From Macrostomum lignano (taxonomy: Eukaryota), in NCBI GenBank assembly GCA_002269645.1, contig NIVC01001293.1:1-64000 (forward strand): DNA of 64,000 nucleotides. Direction: 5' to 3'. Both the position numbers and the translations under genes were made by a program. Under the pieces are notes generated by a model. That model was given only the letters and a program-made list of their open reading frames with translations, did not search any database and was not told the origin of the DNA. How positions within the stretch are numbered: position 1 is the first letter of the stretch; each line of letters starts with the position of its first letter. This document shows, in pieces, positions 22,349-33,880 of the stretch.

Positions 22349-25300
22349 GACGGTCCCTCCTGGGCACGGTGGTGATGGCGCTGTGCCCGCTGAGGCACTC
22401 CTGGCTGCGCTGCAGCGAGTCGCTTGACACGCCCAGGTGAGCTCGGGAGCCGGAGTGACGCGACATCGAGGCCGGCTGCTCGTCCGCGTCTTCGTCGAAG
22501 TTTTGAGCAACCTGGCGGCTGACGGAGCGTCTGAGCGATGACACCTGATGCGGCTGCTGCTGCTGCTCAGGCTGAATGATGTCGTACTCTCTCAGCCTGT
22601 ACAGCTCCTCCTCTGCAGCATCTTCGCCAGCTTCTGATTCAGAGTTCAGCGGCTGCTGCTGCAGCTGGCGGGAGTGCCTGGCGGTTGCCCTTCCTGCTGC
22701 CAAAGCGCTGTTGCTGCTCTGCCGGCTGTAGTAGCCGCTGCTGCGCGCCGATCTGGGCGGCGGTGCCGAGACCCCTCCGGCGGCTGCTGCGGCAGCTGCG
22801 GCTGCCGCTGCCCAGTCGTTAGCGGCGTCCTCGACCTCGAGGTCGGGCACGTCGCGCAGAGTCGACATGCCGCTGTCGGGGTTGTCGCTGTCCAAGTCGC
22901 AGCTGTCCATTCGGCGGCCGCTGTTCGGGTAGTTCGGATCGCAGATTCGCAGGGCAGATTCGGCCAGGTGGCTCTGCTGGAGCAGGCGGGACGAGGCCGG
23001 CTGCTGCTGGCGAAGGCGCACAGCGCTGGCCTGGCTGGCCTCCAGGGCTTCGCGGAGCTCCTCGTTCTTGTCTCGGAGCTGCCGATTGGTCTGGTGCAGC
23101 AGGTGCAGCTGCTGGGTGATGCGGTCCTGCTCGCGCACCTGAGATCGCGATGCGGTTGGGTGGGGGGGGGGGGGTGAGCGGCTTTGCAATTTTTTGGTGC
23201 GATGGCAGCGGAAGAGATCGGGGAGTCTAGATTATCGGGGGTTACTTGATGGGATGGAGAGGGGAGATGAAATAATAAAATACGGGAACAGAGTGAGGGG
23301 AGAGACTTAGAGAATGAGGGAGAGGGTGACTGTGAGGTAGAGGGTGACAGTGAGGGAGAGGGTGACAGTGAGGGAGAGGGTGACAGTGAGGTAGAGGGTG
23401 ACAGTGAGGGAGAGGGTGACAGTGAGGGAGAGGGTGACAGTGAGGTAGAGGGTGACAGTGAGGTAGAGGGTGACAGTGAGGGAGAGGGTGACAGTGAGGG
23501 AGAGGGTGACAGTGAGGTAGAGGGTGACAGTGAGGGAGAGGGTGACAGTGAGGGAGAGGTGCCAGAATGAGGAAGAGGGTGACAATGAGGGAGAGGGTGA
23601 CAGTGAGGGAGAGGGTGACAGTGAGGGAGAGGGTGACAGTGAGGGAGAGGGTGACAGTGAGGGAGAGGTGCCAGAATGAGGAAGAGGGTGACAGTGAGGG
23701 AGAGGGTGACAGAGAGGGTGAGAGAGAGAGTGATAGAGTGGGTGACAGTGAGGGAGAGGGTGACAGTGAGGGAGAGGTGCCAGAATGAGGGAGATGGTGA
23801 CAGAATGAGGGAGAGGGTGACAGTGAGGGAGAGGTGCCAGAATGAGGAAGAGGGTGACAGTGAGGGAGAGGGTGACAGAGAGGATGAGAGAGAGAGTGAT
23901 AGAGTGGGTGACAGTGAGGGAGAGGGTGACAGTGAGGGAGAGGTGACAGAATGAGGGAGATGGTGACAGAATGAGGGAGAGGGTGGACAGTGGCATGTCG
24001 GAGGGTGACAGTGAGGGAGAGGGTGGACAGTGACAGTGACATGTCGGAGGGTGACAGTGAGGGAGAGGGTGACAGGGAGGGAGAGGGTGACAGTGAGGGA
24101 GAGGGTGACAGGGAGGGAGAGGGTGACAGTGAGGGAGAGGGTGGACAGTGACAGTGACATGTCGGAGGGTGACAGTGAGGGAGAGGGTGGACAGTGACAG
24201 TGACATGTCGGAGGGTGACAGGGAGGGAGAGGGTGGACAGTGACAGTGACATGTCGGAGGGTGACAGGGAGGGAGAGGGTGGACAGTGACAGTGACATGT
24301 CGGAGGGTGACAGGGAGGGAGAGGGTGGACAGTGACAGTGACATATCGGAGGGTGACAGGGAGGGAGAGGGTGGACAGTGACAGTGACATGTCGGAGGGT
24401 GACAGGGAGGGAGAGGGTGGACAGTGACAGTGACATGTCGGAGGGTGACAGGGAGGGAGAGTGGGGGACAGGCAGTGAGGCAGTGCACGCAGCCCACCTG
24501 CTCCTGCATGGACTCCCGCTCCCTGCGCAGCTGCTGGTCGCGGTCCTGCAGCGCCTGCTTCAGCGTGGCCACCTCGCTCATGACAATGGCCAGCCGAGTC
24601 TCGGCACCGCTCAAGTCCAGCTGCAGCGCCTTCTTCTCAGAGCGGATTTTCTCCAGCTCAGCCTTGTAGGCTGCCGTCTCCGTGTCCAGCTCGCGACCTT
24701 CGGCTGCGCGCTGCTTCAGTGCGGCCAGCTGCTGCTTCAGACTGGAGATTTCAACATCTCGCTGGGCCAGCATGTCGCGGACGCCCTGCTCGAGGCCCTG
24801 GCGTTCGCGGGACAGGACCGCCTGCTCAGCCGATTTCAGCTGGTGCTCGACTTCCACTTCGAGGTCGCGAATCGCTTGAGCGTGTCGCTGGCGCTCGCTG
24901 CTGAGCAGTTGCTCCAGGCGTTGCTGCTCTGCCTGCAGGCCCTTGACAACAGCCATGAGCTCGGCCAGGACTGTCTCGAAGTTGTCCAACAGAGTGGGCC
25001 GCTCCTCACCCAGCTGATGGTAGAACTCGAACACCTGGTCCTGACAGCTCAGGCTCTGCAGGCACTCGCCCAGAGAGGCCGGGTCGTTGATGCCGGAGCG
25101 CCTGCCGCCGCCAGCTGTCGATGCCGAGCCGCCTTCTTCAACTTCGTCGATGCTGTTGGCCTTGGAGCTGTTCGGGCTGTACGGCTTGGGCGACAGGCCG
25201 TTGGTGGAGGCGTTGGACGAGCGCCGGCGCTGCTCGTGATGCTCGCAGCGCTGATGCACCGTCCGGCTGATCAGGCGGAAGCCTTCGCGAAAGTCGGCCA

Positions 25301-25505
25301 CGCTGATCCGGCCGTCGCCGTCCCTGTCCAGCTCCCGGAACAGGCGCTGGCACTCTTCCTCGGACATGTCGGTGCAGAAGTCGGCCAGTTCGCCGGCATC
25401 GATGAAGCCTTTGCCGTCGCGGTCGAGGTTGGCGAACAGGACGCGCGACTTCGTGGCGAGTTCGTCTAGCAGCGACTCCGATGAGGCTGACAGGCTGCGG
25501 TTCAT
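20047..25505 (-). CDS. RASEF: RASEF/Rab45-like large Rab GTPase (two EF-hands, coiled coil, C-terminal Rab domain, CCXX prenylation motif), ~848 aa
   Basis: Exons 25505-24498, 23138-22050, 21299-20934, 20130-20047, all phase 0, total 2547 nt. EF-hands [12 protein letters not shown] and [13 protein letters not shown]; Rab motifs [32 protein letters not shown]; C-terminus KSACCDF*. Could also be the CRACR2A paralog class. Confidence 0.9.
20193..20925. repeat. 27-bp minisatellite (GACAGTGACAGTCCAGTAGCACTCAGA), RASEF intron 3
   Basis: Direct periodicity; begins 9 nt after the donor. Confidence 0.95.
21305..22035. repeat. 28-bp minisatellite (GTGTACACCTTATGATTGTGTTGGGAAT), RASEF intron 2
   Basis: Near-identical head-to-tail units without spacers, filling almost the whole intron. 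Confidence 0.95.
23300..24465. repeat. 18-bp (GAGGGAGAGGGTGACAGT) and longer derived minisatellite, RASEF intron 1
   Basis: Direct periodicity. Confidence 0.93.
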
Positions 25506-26439
25506 GCTGCTGCCGCTGCTGCTGCTCGCTGTTGCTGAGGCACTTTTGCTGTGTCTGAGTATTGCTTTTGTCTTCTGCGGGAACTTAGCCAAATTCCTGA
25601 GTATTTCTGGCTCCACACTGCGTTCTCTCAGTGAAGCGAGTTCTTCTTTCTTTAATTCCTGGCGACTTTTCTTGGCAAATATTTTTCTCTTTCTCTCTCC
25701 CTCTCTCTATATTTCTTTTTTTTTGTCGTTTCGTTCGTTTTGGAGTCTCTCTGTGTGTTCGGTGGGGCGGCCTTCCGCGCGTCTCCTCCCTCCCCCCCCC
25801 GTGCAGTGCTGGCCGATCACATTATCGATCTGCGTTCCCAGTCCCAAATCTGCCGTATCTGCCGATATAGGGCCTCTGCTTTCCTGATTGAGTTGCCATG
25901 GCAACTATCTGAGCCCGCGGCACTTCTGCTCAAACAATGACCGAGCGGGAGCAGAGGTTGGTTAAAGGCGCTAGTGCAGACATTCCGAAGGCTCAGATCT
26001 TCGACGGATCACGTGACTTTCAAAACCTAAATATAGGCACGGCAGGCTGAATCGATACGAGACTTTTAGAACCGGGGCCTGCCGCGGAACTGGATCGATA
26101 AAAAAGGACATGGGTTTGGGTATGGGTTTGATCCATTTCCTTCTATTCTTATACTCATTGTTTGGGGCAGGCATTGCCGCTCCGCTAATCCTGCCTGTAA
26201 CCAAATCAATGCCCAATGTCCTCCTGAACCCGCCAAGTAGACTGACCCTCGGAATCTCAGTGGTAGAGTTTTTGCTGAAAGTTATTTTTAGATTTTTAAT
26301 ACTGCTTTTTGCGAGCCAGCTTTTCTCTGTTGCCAGTGTTAATGGGAAGCGAACAAATTGACAGAGTTTTCCCTTTTCCCTTGCCTCTGGTTTTGCGCTT
26401 GGCGCCAAAATAATTATAGGCTTGGCGCCAAAATAGTTG

Positions 26440-28085
26440 TAGGCTTGGCGTCAATAATTGCAAACGCCACACTGATTGTAGGTTTGTCGCCAAATTGATT
26501 GTAGGTTTAGCGCCACACTGATTGTAAGTTTAGCGCCACACTGATTGTAGGTTTAGCGCCACACTGATTGTAGGTTTAGCGCCACACTGATTGTAGGTTT
26601 AGCGCCACACTGACTGTAGGTTTAGCGCCACACTGATTGTAGGTTTAGCGCCACACTGACTGTAGGTTTAGCGCCACACTGATTGTAGGTTTAGCGCCAC
26701 ACTGATTGTAGGTTTAGCGCCACACTGATTGTAGGTTTAGCGCCACACTGATTGCAGGTTTGGCACCACACTGATTTTAGAATTAGCGGCACCCTGATTG
26801 TAGGTCTGGCGCCACAACTGATTGTAGAATTAGCGGCACCCTGATTGCAGTCTTGGCGCCACACTGATTGTAGGTTTGGCGCCACACTGATTGGAGGTTT
26901 GACGCCACACTGATTGTAGGTTTGGCGCCACAACTGATTGTAGGTTTGGCGCCACAACTGATTGTAGGTTTGGCGCCACACAGATTGCAGGTTTGACGCC
27001 ACACTGATTGGAGGTTTGGCGCAACACAGATTGTGGGTTTGGCGCCACACTGATTGTAGGTTTGGCGCCACACTGACTGCAGGTTTGGCGCCACACAGAT
27101 TGTGGGTTTGGTGCCACACTGACTGTGAGGTTCGACCCCCCCCCCCACCATGACACAGGGTGCAGCTACACTACTCTAGGCTATGCTGGCTCGTTACAAA
27201 AACCTGTTGTGCCGCTAAAAAAAACTCAAACTGCACTGCAAGGCCTCGAAAAGAAATTGAGAAGATTCACCTGCCAATGTCGAATATTTCCCCATCCAGG
27301 GCAGCTAGTGAGAAACGGATTATGCTCAAGTGCTGCATGCAATAGTTTACTGCATTGTGAAGTGACTTCGCTTCAGTTTTATGATCACAGTTACTGACAG
27401 TATTCCGTGTTTAATCGCAGATGCAGTAAATTATATGCATGTACGACAGACAGAGATGATTACTGTGCAGTTTACTAGATCGGATTGCAGATATTTCTAA
27501 TCATTTCTGCAAAATCTACAATAAGCGGCCAAAGAACCTGCAATCAGTGTGGCGCCAAACCTGCAGTCAGTGTGGAGCCAAACCTGCAGTCAGTGTGGCT
27601 CCAAACCTGCAATCAGTGTGGCGCCAAACCTACAATCAGTGTGGCGCCAAACCTCTAATCATTGTGGCGCCAAACCTACAATCAGGGTGCCGCTAATTCT
27701 ACAATCAGTTGTGGCGCCAAATCTGCAATCAGTGTGGCGCCAAATCTACAGTCAAGTGTGGCGCCAAATCTACAGTCAGTGTGGCGCCAAATCTACAGTC
27801 AGTGTTGCGCCAAACCTACAATCTGTGTGGCGCCAAACCTACAAAGTGTTGCGCCAAGCCTACAATCAGTGTTGCGCCAAGCCTACAATCAGTGTGGCGC
27901 CAAACCTGCAGTCAGTGTGGTGCCAAACCTGCAGTCAGTGTGGCGCTAAACCTCCAATCAGTTGTAGCGCCAAACCTGCAGTCAGTGTGGCGCTAAACCT
28001 GCAATCAGTGTGGTGCCAAACCTACAGTCAGTGTGGCAACAAATCGACAGTCAGTGCAGCGCCAATAAACCTGCAATCAGTGTGC
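26440..28085. mobile_element. Foldback-like structure: two inverted arrays of a ~23-bp unit around a ~400-bp unique core
   Basis: 26440-27125 is (GCGCCACACTGATTGTAGGTTT)n; 27535-28085 is its reverse complement (AAACCTGCAGTCAGTGTGGCGC)n. Confidence 0.65.
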
Positions 28086-28301
28086 AGCGAGAGCTATTTA
28101 CATGTACTAGTGACTACTAGCTTTACCTATATCTCTGAGCCAATAGCAGCCCCCATCTTCTCTAGAAACAAAGACCATAGACTACAAGTTGTTGCTGATA
28201 TTACAGTATTAAAATTTATGTTGAATGCAGCACTCCTAACCAAGTTTAATTACTTTGGCTACATACTGAGCGAGTGAGCAATCAAACTAGATTTAATAAC
28301 A

Positions 28302-30228
28302 ATGTCCGTGAAGTCAACGATGTCAGCCTCCTGCATAATAGCCCTAGCCTGCGCCGCCGTCTTGAGCACCCCAGCCGAGGCCAAGAGCAGCGATCGCTAC
28401 CAACTGGCCCTCCTGGGCGAAACTCCGTCAATGTCGCCAATCAAATTTCTGAAGACCATCGACTGGCGACTTCGGAAGCTGGCGCAGTTGCGCTGGCGGC
28501 AGAACGCTAGCAGCGACGCCAACAGTCGGGCGTTGCAAGATGGCAGACCGATGGAGGCCCACTGCCCGGGCGTGCACTACATTGTCAAGCACGTGGCCAT
28601 GAGGATTTTGTTTTTAACGCTGGGATCTCTCGCAGCGGCTATGGGTACGTGCGAGCTGGCCTCGGCTAAGAAGTGAGTCCCAGTTGACAATTTACTTTTC
28701 TAATGGTACTAATTATATTAATAATAAATTATTGATTGCACCTGTGCAACCTATAGGCAGATGTGGCAACCGACAGCTCAGCCGCAGCTATTGCGCGGCG
28801 CATCTGAAGGCTGCGTACGGCGGCTGTTCAGTCCAAGGACTGGGGGGTCGCCACACACACCCTTCAATTACCCCAGCTAATGCTGGCACCCATTTTACAG
28901 CTGAGTGAACTGAAGCAATGCAAAGTTCACTGTCTTGCTCAAGGACACAAATTATTTCGAGTGGGATCGAGAATCGAACCCGCGACCTTTCAGTCGCGAG
29001 TCCGACGCGATCTAACCACTGAGGCTAGAGCCCTCCTTACTTTTATAGTATAAGAATTAGAGATTTAGTATATTTGGATTGCTTTGTTTTGATTATTCTT
29101 AGTATACTTCTGGTGCGATTCTTGTTCCCATAATACGTTAGCGATTCCCCAATTGACACCCATGGACAACTGAAGGTCGCAAACTCGATTTGAAGGTACG
29201 TTATTTCGTAATTGTCGCATCACTTTAGTGCATTTAGTACTCTCGCGAGAAATCGGACTCTTCACTGAATTTGTCTATGGGAAAACCCCATTCTGAGCTA
29301 TGCATTCTCTAGACCAGAGGTCGGCTATAACTCGATCCCTATCCGGCCCTCGGGTCCTTTGAAACTTCGCAATAGCAATCCGGCCCGCTCAGGGCTTGCG
29401 TCTCTTGTCAGTTATCTTTCGCTTCTCCTCTGTCTCTTCTCTCCCCTCTTCTCTCTTCCCTATCCTCTCTCTCTCTTTCTCTCTCTTCTCTCCCTATTAT
29501 CTTCTCTCTTCTTTTCTCACATTACGTCTTTCGTCTCTCCTCTCCTCTCTTATTTCTAGGAGAAGATCTCCCATTCTCTCTCCTTCCTCTCTCATCCGGC
29601 TCGCAGCCATGAGCTGGATTCTTTATCTTGACCCTTGAAGTAAAAAAGGCTTGCATTGCCGACTTCTGCTCTAGAACATACTAAATACACTGGCGATACG
29701 ACAAATATACGAATTCCTCACCGACTTGCAGTTCAGGTTTCCATTTTTTCCGGGTTCGGAGTAAACCCCGAAACTCGACCCGACCCCGAAACCCCGAACA
29801 CCCCTACTTGCAGCTTATTTCTAAGCAATCGAGCATTTGGCAGCTTTCTACGTGTATTCGAATACTTCAGTTGTCTATGTTGACAACCTTAGCCAACTGA
29901 GCAATGATCCCTGACACCCCTGCTGACTCCTCATCAAAGATTCCAAGAGCGGCGCAGCACCGTACTCCGCCAGATTCCGTTAAGCCGACGCAACACGGTA
30001 ATGCGCGGCTTTGATTTGTTGCGCTCTCGCAATCGAGTTTTTGAAAGGGTCGACTATGGCGGCGGCAGCGGCGGCGGCGGCGGCGGCGGCGGCGGCCGAG
30101 GAGGAGACGGAAGCGGCAGTGGCAGTTATCCCGGGGGCTACCATACGGGAAGCAGCATGCAGCTGTTTGATGTAAAGGACTCAGGACGTAAAGAGGAGCT
30201 GCTGAGGCATCCTGATGTCACTGATTAG
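28302..30228 (+). CDS. Orphan two-exon gene, 219 aa, predicted signal peptide, possible membrane segment and Gly-rich tail
   Basis: Exon 1 28302-28672 (ATG...AAG AA|GTGAGT) and exon 2 29940-30228 (CATCAAAG|A TTC) join in phase 2 for 660 nt. Exon-like codon use. No family recognised. Confidence 0.6.
28735..29036 (-). mobile_element. tRNA-derived SINE with CORE-like central domain (CpG-intact copy)
   Basis: Box A TAGCCTCAGTGGTTAGA, box B GGTTCGATTC, then GTCCTTGAGCAAGACA...CTTCAGTTCACTCAGCTGTAAAATGGGT and an AT-rich tail. A second copy lies at 33405. Confidence 0.85.
29315..29668. mobile_element. Non-autonomous hAT (Charlie-like) element with an internal CT microsatellite
   Basis: TIRs CAGAGGTCGGC / GCCGACTTCTG. 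Flanks CTCTAGAC and CTCTAGAA (7/8 TSD) fit the NTCTAGAN target preference known for Charlie-type hATs. Confidence 0.8.
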
Positions 30229-30868
30229 TCGTGGCAGCAATAATACTGCTGAAGCTTCGAGAGCTTGTTGATACATAACATCATGCAGACGGATATACTG
30301 GCGTGTGCTATTACATTGTTAAATGTTCAAATGCAAGTATACTGCACTATTAGTACAAAGTGTAATCTAACTCAATTCCGTCATGATTGAGGCAATTGAG
30401 TTCGATTAATCGACTTATAAATTAGTTCACTGACATTTACGGTAAGCATGACTAACTAAAAATAAAACAGGTGTAATACATTTATAGTATGAATACATTG
30501 ATACGCTCGTACTACTACTACAAACACTCGTAAAACATGTACATGTACAGTACATAATGTACACGCGGATCGTAGTACATGTTTTTTTCGAGTATTAATC
30601 AGGCCAGCAATGAAATCAATTGTTGTGCTGCAACCACACACAACAGATAGATTTTCATTGCTATATAGTATATGTATGAAAGTACATGTATAAATTTACC
30701 AATGCATCTGTGTGATGTTTCTAGTAATGCTGTAATTTCTCACTAGGCGAGGATATTTATTTGCGCCACTACGACGCTCTCTCGAAATTCATCATCGTCC
30801 AGAGCTTGTGGTACATGTATAATTCTTTACCAAAGTAGTATTTTGTTTAACTATATACAATGTATTTC

Positions 30869-31066
30869 CAGTGGCGCAACCAGGAGGGGGGAGTTCGGTG
30901 GGCTATCGCCCCCCCCCCCCAGGCGGAGACCAGAAAAAAATCACCGGGGAGACAAACAATCGAATTTTTGCCAAACAAAGCCTCCACCCTCTCCAACCCC
31001 CCCCCCTGGGGTCTTTTACCCTCCAAAATCCGCTCCCCACTCGACAAATTTCTGGTTGCGCTACTG
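30869..31066. mobile_element. ~198-bp hAT-like MITE
   Basis: TIRs CAGTGGCGCAACCAG / CTGGTTGCGCTACTG; degenerate 8-bp TSD TGTATTTC / TATATTTA. Confidence 0.7.
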
Positions 31067-32014
31067 TATATTTAACAACTCGAATGACCTGTTGCTCAGC
31101 AATATTCACCTCTTACCGAAGTCACCGGACTAGTGATCCCTCAATATGAAAGTCCCTACTGCCAGCAAAGATAGAAAGTTAAATCATTTTAATGACTTTT
31201 TTACAGTAAAATAGTACTCTAAGTTAAAGACATAATAGGCTTAAACCCGAGAAAGAGGGAAAATTACGAATCTAGAAGTAATATATTTGTTTTAAATACG
31301 ATAGACAGCGTGCACTAAAATGAGTTTACGATTCCTACAAAAATTCAAGGACGGACTTGCTTGCAAAAATTATCACAACGGCTGAATTTTTGCCTACCTC
31401 CTTACCCTCCTATTATGCGTTTAATGTCTATATAGGCTGATAGACTGGTTCGTTTTCTCGCCAGTGACGTAGCAATGTAGCATCAATGATTCAGAGTAGG
31501 CCCTATTCTCTTATCTTGATCTCACTGAATGCAGATGTATGCAGAATTTTGATAGTGTTAATTTATATGTCATGCTAATTAATTAGTAATTTTATAAAAT
31601 GTATGATCTAGCTTACCAAGTTACCCAATTCAATTGCGAATGGCTGAAGCCTAGATAGACCTTTTATGGATCATAAAAATCAGCAAAATTCTTAAACTTA
31701 ATAGAATAATAGACCTAGGCCTACTTATCAAGTCATCAAGGAAATCTACTACACTACTAGGCCATGTGTCAAATTGATTGTCAATGTCAATTGTCAATTG
31801 CACTAGGTGTGCTAGAGAAGTAGTCTATTTGCACCAGAAAATTTGGTAAAATCTACCACCCAGGTATAGATCTAGAAAATTTTGAATGAGGGTATAGATT
31901 GATTACTAGGCCCGAGGTACATTATATCATGTGCTATATATATATATGTTTGCTTAACAGATATGGTAGATATACACATAAGCTCCAACATTGTAGGCCA
32001 CCACTATTTGAGTT

Positions 32015-32584
32015 CCAGTGTGCGGATCATGTACCCGTGTACGCCGGAAAAAATTTGGGCGTCAAGGACTTTGTACGCCAGTGTACGCCAAAAACAAAAA
32101 GTTGCGCTAAAATGTACACCAAAAATTCCTAAAAAAGGTCATTCGGTTTTCACGAGTAGAGTTTTCTAAGAAAGGCTTTCGTGTGAAAAGTTTTTTTAAA
32201 ATATTACGAATATTTGCAATTTAAACAAACCTTAATTATACCTACAAAAAATATGATGCAAAATTAATACTCTTAGCAAAAAATGACACTAATTTTATTT
32301 ATTATTAATTTAAAAGAAGCTAATAGCTAGTTTATCACTGAAGATATTAATTTTCCTTTACTTTACATAAAAACGTTAATTTACATTACAATTTTCATGC
32401 ACGGCATGAATTTATTCACCAAAATTTGTATGCCAAAAAGTATGCGTGGCTGTGTTACTTGTGTATGCCAATAGTGTACGCCAACAAAGTTCGCCAGGGG
32501 TTGTGTACGCCGATTGTATACGCCAAGGACTTAGGGTGGCTATATGAAAAGTTCCGGCGTACATGCATACCATCCGCAACCTGG
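32015..32584. mobile_element. 570-bp non-autonomous hAT-type element
   Basis: Imperfect TIRs CCAG..TGCGGAT...TGTACGCCGGAA, subterminal GTGTACGCC repeats, and a perfect 8-bp TSD TTTGAGTT (32007-32014 and 32585-32592). Confidence 0.85.
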
Positions 32585-33404
32585 TTTGAGTTCTCTATTT
32601 GGTGAATTATATGGTTAAAAATCTAATGATTTTTATTTGATTTAGGGCCTACTAATTTCTTTTTTAGAATTCTATAATCTTTTATCCTAGGACTTATATT
32701 ATGCTCTAGGTCTTACTTTATTACTTTGTTTTACTTTGTCAATTTTAGTTGTGACTTATTATAATAAGATATATTTTTTGTTTATTGACAGTGCTTTTTT
32801 ATTTAGTTGACACTAGCCAAATAGACTTGTTATAAAGCTTTAATTATAAAACTATAGGCCTATATAATATAAATTATAATTGTTCAGGCTAAACTGTTAA
32901 GCAAGGCAACTTGGTAGTGGTTATATATTTTCTAGAGTATTTTGAAATATAGATACAATTAAAGAAACTAATTAGGGCAAATCTTGCATTTATACTAAAT
33001 TGATATTTTATTTTTTTTATTTTATGTAAAGTTTTAATGTCTAAAATAGATAAATATAAGCTAGCTAAATAATGACAAGCTTATTTGATTAGCAATGAGT
33101 AATACTACCAATTGAATAGTGATAAACTTATTTGACTAATACTAGCTAAATAAGAGCAAGCTTATTTGACCAGTGCCAGCTAAATAAGCATTGCCTTGTT
33201 TATTATCAGTTTATCTATTGACAAATAAACTGATTAGTTAGTAAGTGTGTTATTAATTTCTAGATTTATCAATTATCTAAAAATTCAGTGGTTGATTATT
33301 TGATTAATTGGTTATATCCCCTTTGATTTTTTGGCATCAAAGCTTCTTTTTAAGCAATGACTTAACCCTGGCTCTAAATCTCCTTTTGATGCTTGGTCTA
33401 CTAA

Positions 33405-33675
33405 GAGGTTCTGGCCCAGTGGTTAATGTAGGGACACAACTGAGAGGTTGGAGGTTCAATTCTTAACCCATTTGGAGCAAGACACTGAACTCTGCATTGC
33501 TTCAGTTCACCCAACTTTAAAATGAGTGCCAGCACTAGCTGGGGTAATTAAGGATGTGTATGACAACCCCTGAGTCCTTGGACTGAATAGCTATATGCAG
33601 CTTTCAAATGCGCCACACAATAGCTGCAGCTGAGCTATTGGTTGCATATCTGCCTATTAGGGCAGGTGTAATCAA
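33405..33675 (+). mobile_element. Second, CpG-eroded copy of the tRNA-derived SINE
   Basis: Aligns along its length with the reverse complement of 28735-29036 (GAGCAAGACA, TGCATTGCTTCAGTTCAC, TAGCTGGGGTAATT, GTCCTTGGACTGAA, AATAGCTGC.GCTGAGCT). Confidence 0.85.
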
Positions 33676-33880
33676 TTTTGGTCTACTAACAACTTCTAAT
33701 TGACCAGTTGAGATTTACACATTAGATATATAATGTCAGATTGCATGCATAGAGTTAAATCTCTTGAAATACTTGAAAAAACCACCAATACACTTTTTAC
33801 TGCTAAATCCTACAGCCTAAGCATTAATCTTAAGTCCTACAGCAACACGTCAGCCTCAAATTATTGAAAAAGGCAAACAA

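Noticed and set aside
25506-25616. ORF-track start of RASEF at 25616
   Set aside because: That codon is GTG. The first in-frame ATG is at 25505.
22093-25887. Long + strand ORFs opposite RASEF (363, 173, 167 aa)
   Set aside because: Antisense shadows of GC-rich coding exons.
25971-26408. 145-aa minus-strand ORF upstream of RASEF
   Set aside because: TTG start inside the satellite edge, no recognisable motif or splice support; probably promoter or UTR DNA.
28960-29036. tRNA-like sequence on the minus strand
   Set aside because: No proper acceptor stem and it continues into a SINE body shared with 33405, so it is a SINE head.
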